Origin: Klebsormidium nitens
Lineage: Eukaryota; Plantae; Klebsormidiophyceae
NCBI GenBank assembly: GCA_000708835.1
Contig: DF237438.1
Coordinates: forward strand, 1 to 64,000
Direction: 5' to 3'
DNA length: 64,000 nucleotides
The notes below the pieces were generated by a model that did not search any database, was not told the DNA's origin, and saw only the letters and a list, made by a program, of their open reading frames with translations. Position numbers and translations under genes: made by a program. This document shows, in pieces, positions 1 to 12,200 of the stretch (positions within the stretch are counted from its first letter, which is position 1; each line of letters opens with the position of its first letter).

Positions 1-2524
1 TTCTAAAATCGACTTGCGCTCCGGTTATTGGCAGATCCCTATCCACCCCGATGACGTCACTAAAACCGCCTTCCGCACCCGGTACGGCCACTTCGAGTGG
101 CTGGTTCTACCCTTTGGCTTGACTAACGCCCCGGCCGCCTTCATGGATCTCATGCACACCGTCGGTCTTTCGAGATTTGCTCGACCCCGGGGGCGTCGTC
201 ATTTTCCTCGATGATATTTTAATATACTCTGATTCTGCAGAGGAACACGAGCGCCTCCTCCGGGAGGTATTCACACGCCTGCGCAACCACACCCTCTACG
301 CCAAGGAGTCCAAGTGTGAATTATGGCGTACCGAGGTCACCTTCCTCGGCCACGTCATCAACGCTGAAGGGGTGTCAATGGAGGCATGCAAGGTTGCGGC
401 GATCACCACATGGCCTCAACCCCAGGACCCTGGCCATATTCGCTCATTTCTTGGTTTGGCTGGCTTTTATCGTCGATTTGTTCGTGATTTTTCTCGCCTT
501 GCCGCTCCTCTGACTGATTTGCTGGTGAAGGGTGCAAAATTCGAGTGGACGGATACACATAACCACGCATTCCACTCACTCACATTTTCGCTAACCCATG
601 CACCTATCTTGCGCCCCTTTAACCCTGACCTTCCTTGTACACTCGACATCGATGCCTCCGACTTTGCGGTCGGAGGTGTACTTTTGCAAGGTACCGCCGG
701 TACCAATCTTCACCCGGTCGCGTTTGAGTCTAAACGACTCAATCGCGCTGAGCGGAACTACTCCGCACGCAACCGGGAGCAGCTAGCCCTAGTACACGCC
801 ACGCACAAGTGGCGCCACTACCGTTCTTGGTCGCTCGGTGGCGGTTCGCACCGATCCTGCCACTCTTGTACCCACTTAAGCTGGAGTACATGCGCTCCCG
901 CCACCACCGGTGGGAGGAGCAACTCACCCAATTTGACCTCAATCTCACGTACAGGGAGGGGCGCCTCAACATTGTACCGGACGCCCTCTCAAGGCGCCCG
1001 GACCACAAGCCCGAACCTCCCGCTAACCAACCCGTTCTTGCTGCAGTGTCAAGTCTAATTCCCGACCGGGCTTTTCTAACAGATCTCCGCCTAGCCACTA
1101 CGGCGGACCCTTACGCCCAGATGGTCGTTTCCCGTATGGTTCTAGCTGACACTGCATTTGAGTCTTTTTCGCTTGACGACGGTCTGCTCTATAACTCCGA
1201 TCGCCTATACATTCCTCCAGTACCTGCACTCCGTACCCGAGTACTCCAAGCTAACCACGATTGTAACGCTGCCGCCCACCTAGGTATGGACAAGACCGAA
1301 GAGTTGGTCGCCCGCACCTTCTACTGGCCGGACCTCCAAGCGGACGTCCGGCGTTACATTCGCACTTGCGACGCCTGCCAACGCAACAAACCCAGCAACC
1401 GCCGCCCTGGGGGTCTATTACAGCCACTTCCTATCCCCCAGGAGCGGTGGGAGCAAATTTCAATGGACTTAATTGTGGACTTACCTAAAACTACATGCGG
1501 AAATTCCGGCATTGCTGTCTTTGTCGACCGGTTATCTAAGGAAATTAAAATTGCACCCATCTCTGATGACACCACTGCCCCTTCCATCGCACAGGTATAT
1601 TTCGATAATGTCTTCAGACATAAGGGCTTGTCCCGAGTCATCCTCTCCGACAGGGACCCACGGTTCACATCTAACTTTTGGCGGTCCCTCTTCAGGTTAC
1701 TTGGTACCAAACTATCGTACTCCACCGCATTTCATCCCCAAACCGACGGTCAAACCGAGCGCGTGAACCGGGTCATCGAGGAGGCTCTCCGACCCTACGT
1801 CAACGCCCGGCACACTGACTGGGACCTATACCTCATCCCTATCGAATTCGCCTACAACAACTCGGTACAAGCATCCACCGGCCACTCACCATTCTACCTA
1901 AACACCGGTAGACACCCTCTCACACCCTCCGCCCTCCTAAAACCACCTTCCTCCGATACCGCCGCCGCAGATCAATTCCTAACAACATCGCCGCTTCCCT
2001 CGTCGAAGCCAAAACCCTCCTAGTCCTCGCCCAAAACCGCCAAAAACAATACGCCGACCAACGCCGCCGCCCCCTGACATTCCAACCTGGCGACCAAGTC
2101 TACTTGGCCACCACTAACCTGTCGCTTCCCACCCGATCACAAGTTCGCAAACTTACCCCAAAATTCACCGGTCCATCATTTCACAATCATCCAAACCATC
2201 TCCGACGTAGCGTACCGCCTAGACCTACCCCCCCACATGACCATACACCCAGTCTTCCATGTCTCCCAACTCAAACCGTACCAACCAAACGACCCTACCC
2301 GCTTTACCAACCGAGACCCCCCTCCACCACCACCAATACTCACCGCTGACCAACCCCAACACCCTATAGACAGTGTCGTGGAACAGCGTACCGTCGGCCG
2401 CGGTACCCGGCAACGCACACAGTACTTAGTAACATACCGCGACTAACCCTTCCACGAAGCCCAATGGGTCGCCGCCCACTTGGTGAATTTAGACCCCAGC
2501 AACGAGGACGTTGCTGGTACTTAA
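1..2524 (+). pseudogene. Degenerate pol (RT-RNase H-integrase-chromodomain) of a Ty3/gypsy chromovirus, 5'-truncated by the window edge
   Basis: RT motifs [19 protein letters not shown] and FLDD. RNase H motifs DASDFAVGGVL and AFESKRL. Integrase motifs H-x-x-x-x-x-H-LG...CDAC, ISMDLIVDL, SDRDPRFTS, HPQTDGQTERVN and VFHVSQLKPY. Chromodomain-like TQYLVTYRD*PFHEAQW. Lesions: 4-bp duplication frameshift near 160-167, frameshifts near 820-880, near 1980 and near 2175, and an in-frame TAA at 2444-2446. Confidence 0.95.
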
Positions 2525-2533
2525 GGGGGGGAC
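2523..2533 (+). other. Polypurine tract of the LTR retrotransposon
   Basis: AAGGGGGGGAC lies right after the pol stop and just before TGTAAC at 2537. Confidence 0.8.
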
Positions 2534-2536
2534 TGC

Positions 2537-3022
2537 TGTAACACGTGGATATTTCTTAAGCATTTATAGCCGTAGATATGCCGATAAACACAATCTGATT
2601 ATACGATAATCTAAGGGTTTCCCCCTCTAACGGTAACATGATCTTCTTAAATAAATACTCGATTCTCATTGGTTTAAATATGATGAGCTTAGCTTAGCTA
2701 AGCTTATCTCCCGAGCTGCCATGAGCTGCAGCACTTCATTTTATTAAACTACACTTACAGACTGAGCTCGCGTCGAGCTCAGCAAGCTTGGATCAAAGCT
2801 ATAAAGTGGATTTCTCCACTTGTGGAACTCACTTCTTGACTCCGGATTTGAGGGCAACTTTCATCTTTAGAATCTTATCAACTCTCTACTCAAGTCTCTC
2901 CGCGTCCACTGTAGCAAGACACTTGAGCAGACAGGGCCACTTATAGTACTTAAGTGTGCACCCGTTTACATACCCGAGGCTAGAGGCTAGGCCAGCAACC
3001 GAATGACTGGGATACCGTCACA
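2537..3022 (+). mobile_element. 3' LTR of the chromovirus
   Basis: Starts TGTAACA a few bases after the PPT, is AT-rich and has a TATA-like GCTATAAAG near 2799. The right end is uncertain: ...GTCACA at 3022 or ...GTTTACA at 2970. The 5' LTR is outside the window, so the end cannot be confirmed. Confidence 0.65.
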
Positions 3023-3353
3023 GTGCCGTAGTTCCCGCACTCGTCACACAAAACGCCGAACTTGGAACACCCACCTGAGGCTGGAGGAATCGCATGATTC
3101 CATGAGGCATGAGCCCGCTGCCTCTACGGTCTACCGTCTACGCCACTAGGTACTTTGTTCGCTGCCAGCATGGTGCCTCTGCCAATTTAACACTAAAGCT
3201 ACAGTATTACTTTTAGTATATCCTACATGATCCGTTGTGGACAATAGCAGCACATCAGCGCAAGGCTTCCAGGATCCGCCCGCAGCGAGCGATTTGAGCA
3301 CCAACTACTGTAGGAGCCTTAGACTTGGCCATCACTGAGCTTTTCAGGGAGCA

Positions 3354-4292
3354 ATGGCGGCGACTTTTGCATCGCGCATGCGGGCTTTCATTGACAGTCC
3401 AACAGGGCCGCGTACGACTCACTTCTGGGGTCCTGTTGCCAATTGGGGCTTTGTTTTGGCGGTGAGGGGACTCATGTTTCTGGTGGAAGCCTTTTCCCGG
3501 CTCTCACAAGCCACCTGATTTGGATGTGGCAGACATTTTTGGAATGATGCCCGCTTGATGCCTGCGAATCCCGTCTGGAAGATCAAGTCAAGTCTCAAGC
3601 CAGCACTCTTAAGCTTTGGGGATGGCTCGTTTTACTGTCGGTGTAGGTGCGTCTGATGACGATGCGAAGGTTTCTACTTCTTGTATGCTGCCAGCATTCC
3701 CTCTGTGACAAGATTCTTCCCACTTTGTCGCAGGATAGAGCTTTGCTAAAGCCTAACGGTGGTGCCGGTTGATTCGGGCATGCAACTTTGGCGCCATGCT
3801 GATAGTTTCTCCGCTTTCTGTCAGGGCATGGCAGACACGAAGAAGTCGCCCGAGCTGCTGTCTGGAAATATGACCTCAGGTGTGTGCAGGAAGCGTTCGC
3901 CACTGACAGTCTCTTGTACGCAATGTATGAAAGCAGGGCATGCATCTTTGTCTCGCCGATGCCCTTGCTGCAACTGAGTTTCATACGGAGCTGAGTGCGT
4001 GTACGAAGATATCTTGCATAAACTGTTCAACCCACTGCTAACGGGATATTGTATGCTGCTTTTAATCCTTTGCAGGAGGTGCACTTCTGCCAATCTGCTT
4101 ACTGCCTTCTATTGCGAATTTGCTGACTGCCTTGTATTGTTCAATGCAGCTATGTGCGTATATAGTGCGTTGTTCATGCGCTTCGCCTGGGTGGTACAAC
4201 CAAGAAACTACCTGCTCTTGGCTTGCCATGCTTCTAATGAGTCTGTCCAGCTCTACAATCTACAGCGATTCCTGCGATTCCATTACGGGTGA
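3354..4292 (+). CDS. MPC1: Mitochondrial pyruvate carrier 1 (exons 3354-3461, 3825-3879, 4150-~4292; a further 3' exon is possible)
   Basis: Spliced translation [36 protein letters not shown]|[18 protein letters not shown]|[38 protein letters not shown], with GT-AG boundaries in compatible phases. Exon 1 is absent from the ORF track. THFWGP and [11 protein letters not shown] are MPC1 signatures. Confidence 0.93.
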
Positions 4293-6674
4293 GGAGCTCG
4301 AAGTTTGTCTTGAATTCAAGTCATGTTTGGATATGCACATGCTCACAATTAGAATTGGTGACCTGAAGCTCTGATTCGGATAGACTTGCAGGAGAGAAGC
4401 AGTCTTCTGGAGCGGAACTCGTGCTTTCTGCGTAGTTTGGAAGCCCCTTCAGATTCTTACTTCGTCTTTTCCTCGATGCAGAGACAGTCCGACCGTTGCG
4501 AAGCTTCAAGATCCCAAGTGATGGGCTAAAGAAGGTCGGTGCTTTTCAGCTTCCCATAAGTTTGTAACATAAAATGGTCGTTATACAAGATTTGAATGTG
4601 TTGATGCACCAGACACCTGATCAGGTTTTTCAATCCTCATTCAATCATGATGTTTGGCCCTTCAATCGATCTCTACTGGTCAAAGGCAGTCAGACTCCGA
4701 GTAAACGTATCCTTGAACATCACAAATCTGCAGGCCTAGTGAATTGTGATCGACTTGGTAAATACAGGCTCAACACACACCAGTGCCGGGTGGTCCCTAT
4801 TGCCGCCAGTGTGGCCCGGTACTATGATCCATTTTCAGATACGTCCGTATGCTTGAACTATTGACGTTGATGTGTTGCCTTGTCATCTGATTGCTGGTGT
4901 GCTCAAAAGCGTCGCAAAGCGCAGGCAGCTACTAGGCTAGGCTCGTGGCCGGATCATTGGTCATACCAGTTTACACTCAGATTAATAGCTAGAGGACTTT
5001 GCTACTACCGACTTCAAATTGGTCATGTGCAGTTTGAAACTTTAGTAAGCCACTTGAATTTGTGAATGATTATATAGCCAGACTATCTATGCACCACCAT
5101 CCAGTCGGACCTTCACTTGAGGCCGAGAGAATTTGGCGGTGGAGTAGACCGGTGAAATGATCGATGGCATTTATGCAAATCAATTATCGAGTAACAAATT
5201 TTGCGGTGAAGACCGTCTAGACCACGCCGCCTAGCTTATTGAGCCCGTTAAGCCTGCAATAACAATACTGCAAGCTGCACAATTACTCGACTTATAAGTG
5301 ACTTGACTCGAGTGCGATCCGACATGGTCAGTGAGCATACTAATGCAGGTGATACCTATATGTGTCCGAACTCGAGCTTATCGCCTGCGCGGGCCGGCTC
5401 GATTTTGGCCGGGTACGCTCATGCATGCTGTTTATATCATTCCTGGCCCTCAATTCGCCAGGACTCTTTCATCGGACACCGTTTGCGTAGGACAGAAATG
5501 CAGATCGAGTCTCGTATACGTACTATTAAACTTCCATCGGAGTGACGATTTCGACAGAGATTTTGTGCATGCATTTTTAAGGTTTTGGCCGTACGTCATG
5601 GCTTCCACTGCAGCTTGCGACAATGGCGGACTTCTACCTATCTCCTCCTTCTTCCTGCAGCAGAGCTGCACTAATTGACACGTATGCAAGGCCAGGCTTG
5701 TCGAATTCTAGATCGATTCAAGTTGTCTCGGGTATGCTCCGACTATAGCCGGAGCAGGCAAAGGATTGTCCGGTCCCATGGCGTCTTGCGGAAACCTTTA
5801 GAAATTGCATGAGCGGCAAAAAGCGCTATGAAAGCTATAACTAAAGGCCGCGGCTCCTAGCAAGATCCGGGCCAGGATATATTACGGGCTGGCATGTCAT
5901 GAGACGCCGCGCTGCAAGTGTTTATACTTCGATGATCGGATCAAGATTGTGCACCTTTCGTGTCGTCGTAATCAGCATGACTCATGGTCCTGTAATCAAA
6001 TTGACTAAGTTATTTGAGGCTTTGATTCATAAGAGCATCTTAACGACGACACGGCCTGCACGTCATTGAATGAATTTATGATGGTATCCGAGAGCAACGT
6101 GTGCTGCCGCTAGCTGACCGCGCACTTCATGGTACATCTGCATAAACGGTGCAACAAACTTGACTCGAAACTCAGAAGTCAACAAGTCAAAAAGTGAAAA
6201 CAACCTGGCAATCTTTCAAGTTGGACATTCAAATTTGGGAGGCATTTGCATCTAGTAAGGATGGGTCCAACTTGACAATCTCTTTCCAAAACGCCATACA
6301 GTAGCCACATAGGCCATATGCTTCCATGGCATACACGTAGCTCGATTTTTGATCGGTCTAGGTGGATCCGACTTGATACAAATTGGTTTTGGTGAGAGTG
6401 CTATGTTGTCAATGCTTGAGCCTCAGCTTCTTCCATAGAATCACCCCTGCCGTTAGTAGGCTCTTCCTCTTCAACATCGCGTCCCGGTACTTGAACTTTC
6501 TGCAGCATTTGAATTCTAGGATTAGATGCCTCGAATGGGTGATGATTCAAAAGATGCGTCAACCCTCTCGACGAAAGCCAGTTTCAAGACAGCGGGGTTT
6601 CTAAAACCGATCCGCATGACTGTAAATCAACAAAACGGTGATAACTTTTCGAATCCGATGGGAATGAAGAACCT

Positions 6675-7872
6675 TCACTTGGTGCGCGATTCTTCAGCAG
6701 TCGAATCGTAAGGCACCAAGAGCGCTTTTTCCTAGGCAAGCCGGTGCTCCAATCGTCACTGGGGGTGTCACAAGTGGTGCAGTGCCTCACCGCCTGTGCC
6801 TGCCCCCTGCGCACGTCCTCCTCATGCTCCTTCTTGAGCCGCTCCAACTCCTCCTCCTGCTGCTGCCGCTCAAACCATGTGTCCGCCTCAGCCCAGACTG
6901 CAAACAAAAGGCCTCTGGCCTGACTGATCCGGGGTGTTGACACTAATATGCACCATAGGAGCAAGAAGAAGAAGACGGAAGTGGTAGATTGGATACTGGG
7001 AACGAAACCAAGAGAAGTAACTCTCCATCATAGCCACAAATGATCCCAAGAGCAACGATCAGGCCAGGGTGCTGAATCCGACATAAAACAAGTTTGGGGT
7101 TATGGAGACCGTTGTTGTACCCGGTTGATTTGCCCAGCCCTGCTCTCCTCCCTTGATCTTGATGGGCTGCGCCACATTGACTGTGAGCACGCGTCCGTAC
7201 AGCTCTGCGTTGTTCATGTTGTCCAGGGCTGCCGCAGCATCTTCCCTGCAAAACCAAGCTGGGGTTGACTTGGTTTCCGTACAGCCAATTTACATCCGTC
7301 ATTTGCTCGCATGCCAGCTTGCTGAATGTACTCACACTGCCGACTTTTCATCATCTCTGGGTATGGCATTACACTGCATCAACTCTGCGAATCGCTCGCT
7401 ATCCAAGGAGGGCGCCACCCACGCTTCCATGTATGTGATGAAGCCAAAGCCGCGGTGCTTCTGCGTGGCCTGGTCCAGGGGCGTGTTGATGTCCTTGATG
7501 TCCCCGAACGGAATGAACGCCGCGTGCAGGATGCCCTCCGTAACCGCCTCGTCCAGCCCGCCTGCACCTCAGGCAGGCACCGTCAGCACAGGGACGCAGC
7601 TGCCGTAGGCAGGCCCGACTGGCGCCGCGAAACATACCACGACCATCTAGCTACGCCACCGTGTAGGACTTCAGAGGTCACCACTACAATGGAGAGACAT
7701 GGCCTTCACTTGACGGATCTCAGCGCGACTACCCTCACCCTTGGGCACTTGCTACACTAGCATGTCATCAATCAGAAAGTTATGCAAATGCAAATTGCAC
7801 CAGCAATCATTGCAACTAAGCAAACTCACCAATATAAAGCGTTGTTTTTGGATTGGCTACCGGAATCGCCAT
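6675..7872 (-). CDS. RRM protein similar to the N-terminal RRM of cyclophilin E (PPIE), without a cyclophilin domain
   Basis: Spliced translation [14 protein letters not shown]|[46 protein letters not shown]...[41 protein letters not shown]|[17 protein letters not shown]...|[21 protein letters not shown]2 (LYIGGL) and RNP1 (RGFGFITY) are present. Confidence 0.88.
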
Positions 7873-8148
7873 CGCTCCGCTGTTCTTCACCCCATCAAAG
7901 CAGCATCTTGTGGCCCCACGTCGTGTCCTCCGCTTGTCCAACGCCTCTGTCAACGTCTGCTAATGACGACCATTCTTTGCGGCACCAGGGCGGGCAGCTC
8001 CCATGCAGGGCCTAGGCAACCGCCCTCGTTCTGCTCAAGTTTCAAAGGACTGCGCGCAACCTGCGACTCGCGAGAAGTCAGAGTAGCCTTCGGATCGGAT
8101 CAACTGGGCACCGAGACTCCGAGAGGCTTGGCCGGGGCCTAGAACTTA

Positions 8149-8892
8149 GAGTACCGTCACTTTGAAGTGGCACCCGGTAAGGTATTTTAGCTAGAGGCAC
8201 TTTGGCTGGAAGGACTCAAGCCCCCCCCCTCCTCCTGGCCTTGCCTTCATAGAAAAGGTCAAGGCCCCGGTACCAGTAGTCACCACCCGGGCAAACCTTC
8301 TCGACGATCGAAAGCACCCGTCGTATGCATAGATTCGCCCCTTTTTTACGTTGAAAAGTGTTTTTTTTGTTGCATTAATGGTCAAAATCATTGACCCGTG
8401 GGCTAAGGGCACCGTCATTTTGAAGTGGGAGCGGGGTAGGTATTCTACAGGCCCCTGTCCTAGAAGGCCTCAAGGCCCCCCCCTTCCGGCCTAGCCTAAG
8501 ACAAAGGGCCCCAAGCCTCGGGCATTACAGTTGGTAAAACCGCGTCAAAAAAGGGGGTTTTGCCCCTAAACATACTAAAAATTTGGGCTGGGGCTGCGCC
8601 CCGGCCAGAGGGCTCAAGCCCCCCCCCCTCCTCCCACCTTAGCTCAGCAGATCAAGCCCAGCCCCCCCCCCAATCAGAATACCTACCCCGCCCCCATTAC
8701 AAAATGACGGTGCCCTAAAAGATGTAAAATCAGCGTATATAAAGGCATGTTCTTCAGCTAAAATCCGGCTAGGGCTTCGCCAGAAAGGCCTCAAGCCCCC
8801 CGCCCCTCCCCACCTTCGATTGGCTGAAACAGCCCAAACCCCCCCCCCTGACAGAATACCTAAGGGGGTGCCACTTCAAAGTGACGGTACCC
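8149..8892. mobile_element. PIF/Harbinger (Tourist-like) MITE, outer element
   Basis: Perfect 25-bp inverted repeat GTACCGTCACTTTGAAGTGGCACCC (8151-8175 versus 8866-8890), with termini GAG.../...CCC. It is flanked by a 3-bp TTA duplication (8146-8148 and 8893-8895) and has no coding capacity. Confidence 0.88.
8407..8715. mobile_element. PIF/Harbinger (Tourist-like) MITE nested inside the outer MITE
   Basis: TIR GGGCACCGTCATTTTG (8407-8422 versus 8700-8715) extends to about 40 bp with 3 mismatches. It is flanked by TAA on both sides (8404-8406 and 8716-8718). Confidence 0.88.
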
Positions 8893-9221
8893 TTACATAC
8901 CGCGATAGATCTAAGGTCCCTAAACTTCAGGCCCGGCCACCTGGGTTGCACTGAAGTCCCCGGTGGAAAACCCGGCTGGCTGTGGGGTAGACGAGGCAAA
9001 GACCGCCGACCGGGTTACAGTAGCCGTTACTGCGTCTGCTCGATCATCTCACATCTGCAGATCATGGTGGTCGTTGCGTGCGGTAGCCTCCCAACCTCGC
9101 ACTTCATGATTCATCTCCTCCGACTCATCCAAATTGTTTCATGAGAACGCGCATTGCGTAAAGTTGGCGTCTCTTCCTGCTTCCTTCTGCAGGCTGGTGG
9201 CGTCATTCCTGATGCCTGGCC

Positions 9222-12200
9222 ATGCTGGGCGATGACTTGTATGAGCTGGTGGCCGTATCGCAGCAGCGGCCCCGGCAGGCGGCCATTCACACTGCATTTG
9301 ACCCCAGCGAGGAGCTGCTATGGACCGCCACCGACCAGGTGAGCCCCGTCGCTGCGGCTGCAGGATCACTTTGTTCAGCTGGGGCTGCAGCAGCAGCAGA
9401 AGCTGCCGCCCAGGATGAAGCTCAGGCAGGGGCAAACTCGGTTGTTCCATATGGCAGAGCGCTCGAACGCTGTTGTATCAATGCTTGGGCATTGCCCACT
9501 AGGCTCCAGATAGAGTTGGCCATTGTGTCTGTCTGCGTTTCCCCTCCTGCGCCTGGTGTCGCTGGCGTGAGCTGGGTTGCTGCTGGCCTGGTGCAGGGGT
9601 GCGTCCAGGCGTCGCTGTGCCCCGGGCTGGAGCGCTACACGGTGTGGAGCAGCTTCCCGGTGGGCCACCCCGTGGTGGGCCTGCTGCCCACTGCAGCGGG
9701 GGTGCTCTCCGCCAGCAGCGACACCCTGCGCATGCACACGCGCGGGGGCGTGCCGCTGCTCAGGATGAGGTGAGGCGCCTGCCACCAGCAACATGGGCAC
9801 CAGGGACCGGCAGTGGGCACAGGCAGGGACAAGCCCATGGGGCGCATTTCGAACCTCAAAGGGTCCTCAAATAGACCATCTGTCTTGGAGACTCCAGTCT
9901 GTCCTGTGAAAGCTGGCGCCCAATCCTTAGGCCCCCACACCGTGTATCCCCCCGTGTCCTGCAGAGACCCCGCGCTGGCGGGCACCACCTGCTGCGACTG
10001 GGAGCGCTCGGCCGCAGGGCATGTGGTCCTGGGCCTCTCCCCCCAGGCGGAGGGCACTCGCTCCACCGGCAGCCCCCCCATGGCACTGGTGGACCTTACA
10101 GCGCAGCGTGTTGTTGCCACTGCCCCTGGCGGGGGGGGCGTGACAGCGCTGCGGTCGGCAGGGCGCCTGCTGGCATGCGGCGGCAGGACCGGGGAGCTGG
10201 TCCTGCGGGACGCACGGACCTTGAGGGCGGAGCAGACCATCGCAGCGTTTGCAGGTATGGAAGCTGCTAATGCAATGAAATCGAAGCTATGCACTATCAT
10301 TCTTATCCTCACTACAGGGGTGTCAAGAGTTCCCCCCTCGCCTGATTGGTCACTCATGGGGCCTGCTCTATGGGGTGTTACCTCCCCTGCCTTGCTGTTG
10401 GCCTGGCCGCCTTGATGGATACCCCCTGGCACTGCTTGTGCGGCAGGCGCGGTGGCGTGCGTGGACCTGAAGGATGTCACTGTGGTGTGCTGCGGGCTGA
10501 CTGCCCGGCGCGGCGCGGTGTACTGCGACCCGCTGGTCAAGGTGTTTGACATGCGCCAGGCGGGCCGGGCGCTGCAGCACCTGCCCTTCGCTCCCGGGCC
10601 CACTCGCCTGCGCTTCCACCCCAAGTTCTCCTCCACGCTCCTGGTCATCGCCGCCTCGGGGGCGGTCATGCTCTCGGACGTGCAGGGCGGCGGCGGCAAC
10701 TTCAAGAACTACCAGGTGGGCAGTCAGCACCTAAAAGACACGCGGCCAGCCAGAAGGCCTGCTTCGAGGGGGCTCCTCGAGTGCCGCTGACTCATTGCGA
10801 CCAGCCTGGATGAATCTGACGGCACACGCGTGCTCCTGCTTCTACGCAGTTGGGCTGCAGTACTGAGGCTGGCCCCTTGTTGTTTGTGACAGGTCGACTG
10901 CGAGGGGGATGCCCTACTCTCCGCTGACATCAGCAGCTCGGGTGAATCCCTGGCGTTCGGGGACGGCGGGGGTTTCGTCCACCTGTGGTCCGCCCAAGCC
11001 GCGCCCCGCGTAAACCTGTTCTCGGGGCCCACGGAACTACCCGAGCTGCACGCGCGCCCGCCTACAATCAGCCTGCGCGAGGGGGACTCGTTTGCGGCGT
11101 TGCCCCAGTTTCCAGCCGGGGACGAGCTGCCGCTGTCGGCGTACGACCCCACGGCCACGCTCAAAGTGGGCATGGCGCCGCGCATCGTGGACCCCTCCCT
11201 CCTTGACAAGCTCAACCAGGTACTGCCAGCGGCCCCTCCTGCGACTGGTCGGCAAGACGCGGCTGCTTCGAGCACTTTATACACGACAGTGGCAGTCAAG
11301 AGTGCCCTCTCCGTGCTTTGAAATCTGCAGCATTGTAGTCAGAGATCATCCTGGCGTCCAGCGATCCACACACACTTTTTCTGGCCCCTGCTGGGCCCCC
11401 TGTGTCGCACCTGCTTCCTCGCTGTCCTGTTTCACCCTGATCTGTGTTGGCCCGCTCGTCTGCGCCCCAGGTGGACTTCGTGGGCTACGTGGTGAACCCG
11501 TTCTTCCGGCGCGGCGCTGCGCACGGCGAGGCTGCGGCTGCGCTGGCAGTGGTGCGCAACCGGCGGCAGGCGCGGCGCAGCGAGCGGCCGAGCAGCGCGG
11601 AGGGGGGGGTGGCAGCGCTGGCGGCGGCGGGGCGCGAGCGGGTGGGGCGGCGTGTGCCCAAGGGGTACCGCTACGTGGAGATCAAAGCGAGCGCGGCCAA
11701 GGTGAAGTTCGAGGAGTTCGACTTCAGCTACTACAACAGGACGCGCTTCGCGGGGCTCGAGAACGACATGGCCAACTCCTACTGCAATGCGCTGCTCCAG
11801 GTGCGGCAGACCAACTCGGGAGTCGCCAATGGATGCAGCTGTTCGCACTGACAGCCACTTCGGCGTCCACCGCAGATCATCGATTGGCGTTTCATTCAGT
11901 ACCTCACACTTTCAGACCAGATTATCAACCCAACTCGACCTTAGTTCCTCTTTATCTGGTTGTCCGAAATCTGGTCAAACAAGAACCGGGGCTGCGACAT
12001 AAATCGAGGGAAGGAAACTCTTGGCAACCGTCCGCAGTGACCACTCTTGAGATAACTGGTAACAGGGACGGATGTTGACGAGCTCTCTGTATCTTGGTGC
12101 TCGCCTCGTTCGGCAAGAACCGGCTGAGAAACGTCTCGACGGCTGGTCAACCTCCGGTTCCTTCGCCCCCCCTCCCCCCGTTTCCCTTGGGCCCCCCTGT

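Noticed and set aside
4321-4509. Minus-strand ORF starting KLRNGR, reminiscent of a retroelement gag start
   Set aside because: It is short, overlaps the MPC1 3' region in antisense, and no other gag features follow.
5132-5231. Imperfect inverted repeat that might be a MITE or structured RNA
   Set aside because: Too many mismatches, no target-site duplication and no second copy in the window.
5873-5883. CAGGATATATT, the core of Agrobacterium T-DNA borders
   Set aside because: Only 11 bp match, the flanks disagree with the 25-bp border, there is no second border or T-DNA gene, and it was noticed post hoc.
9635-10705. 356-aa minus-strand ORF, and many similar long antisense or overlapping ORFs over PAN2, RNR1, ABC1K and HHP
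   Set aside because: These are shadows of GC-rich exons with few stop codons and have no recognisable motifs.
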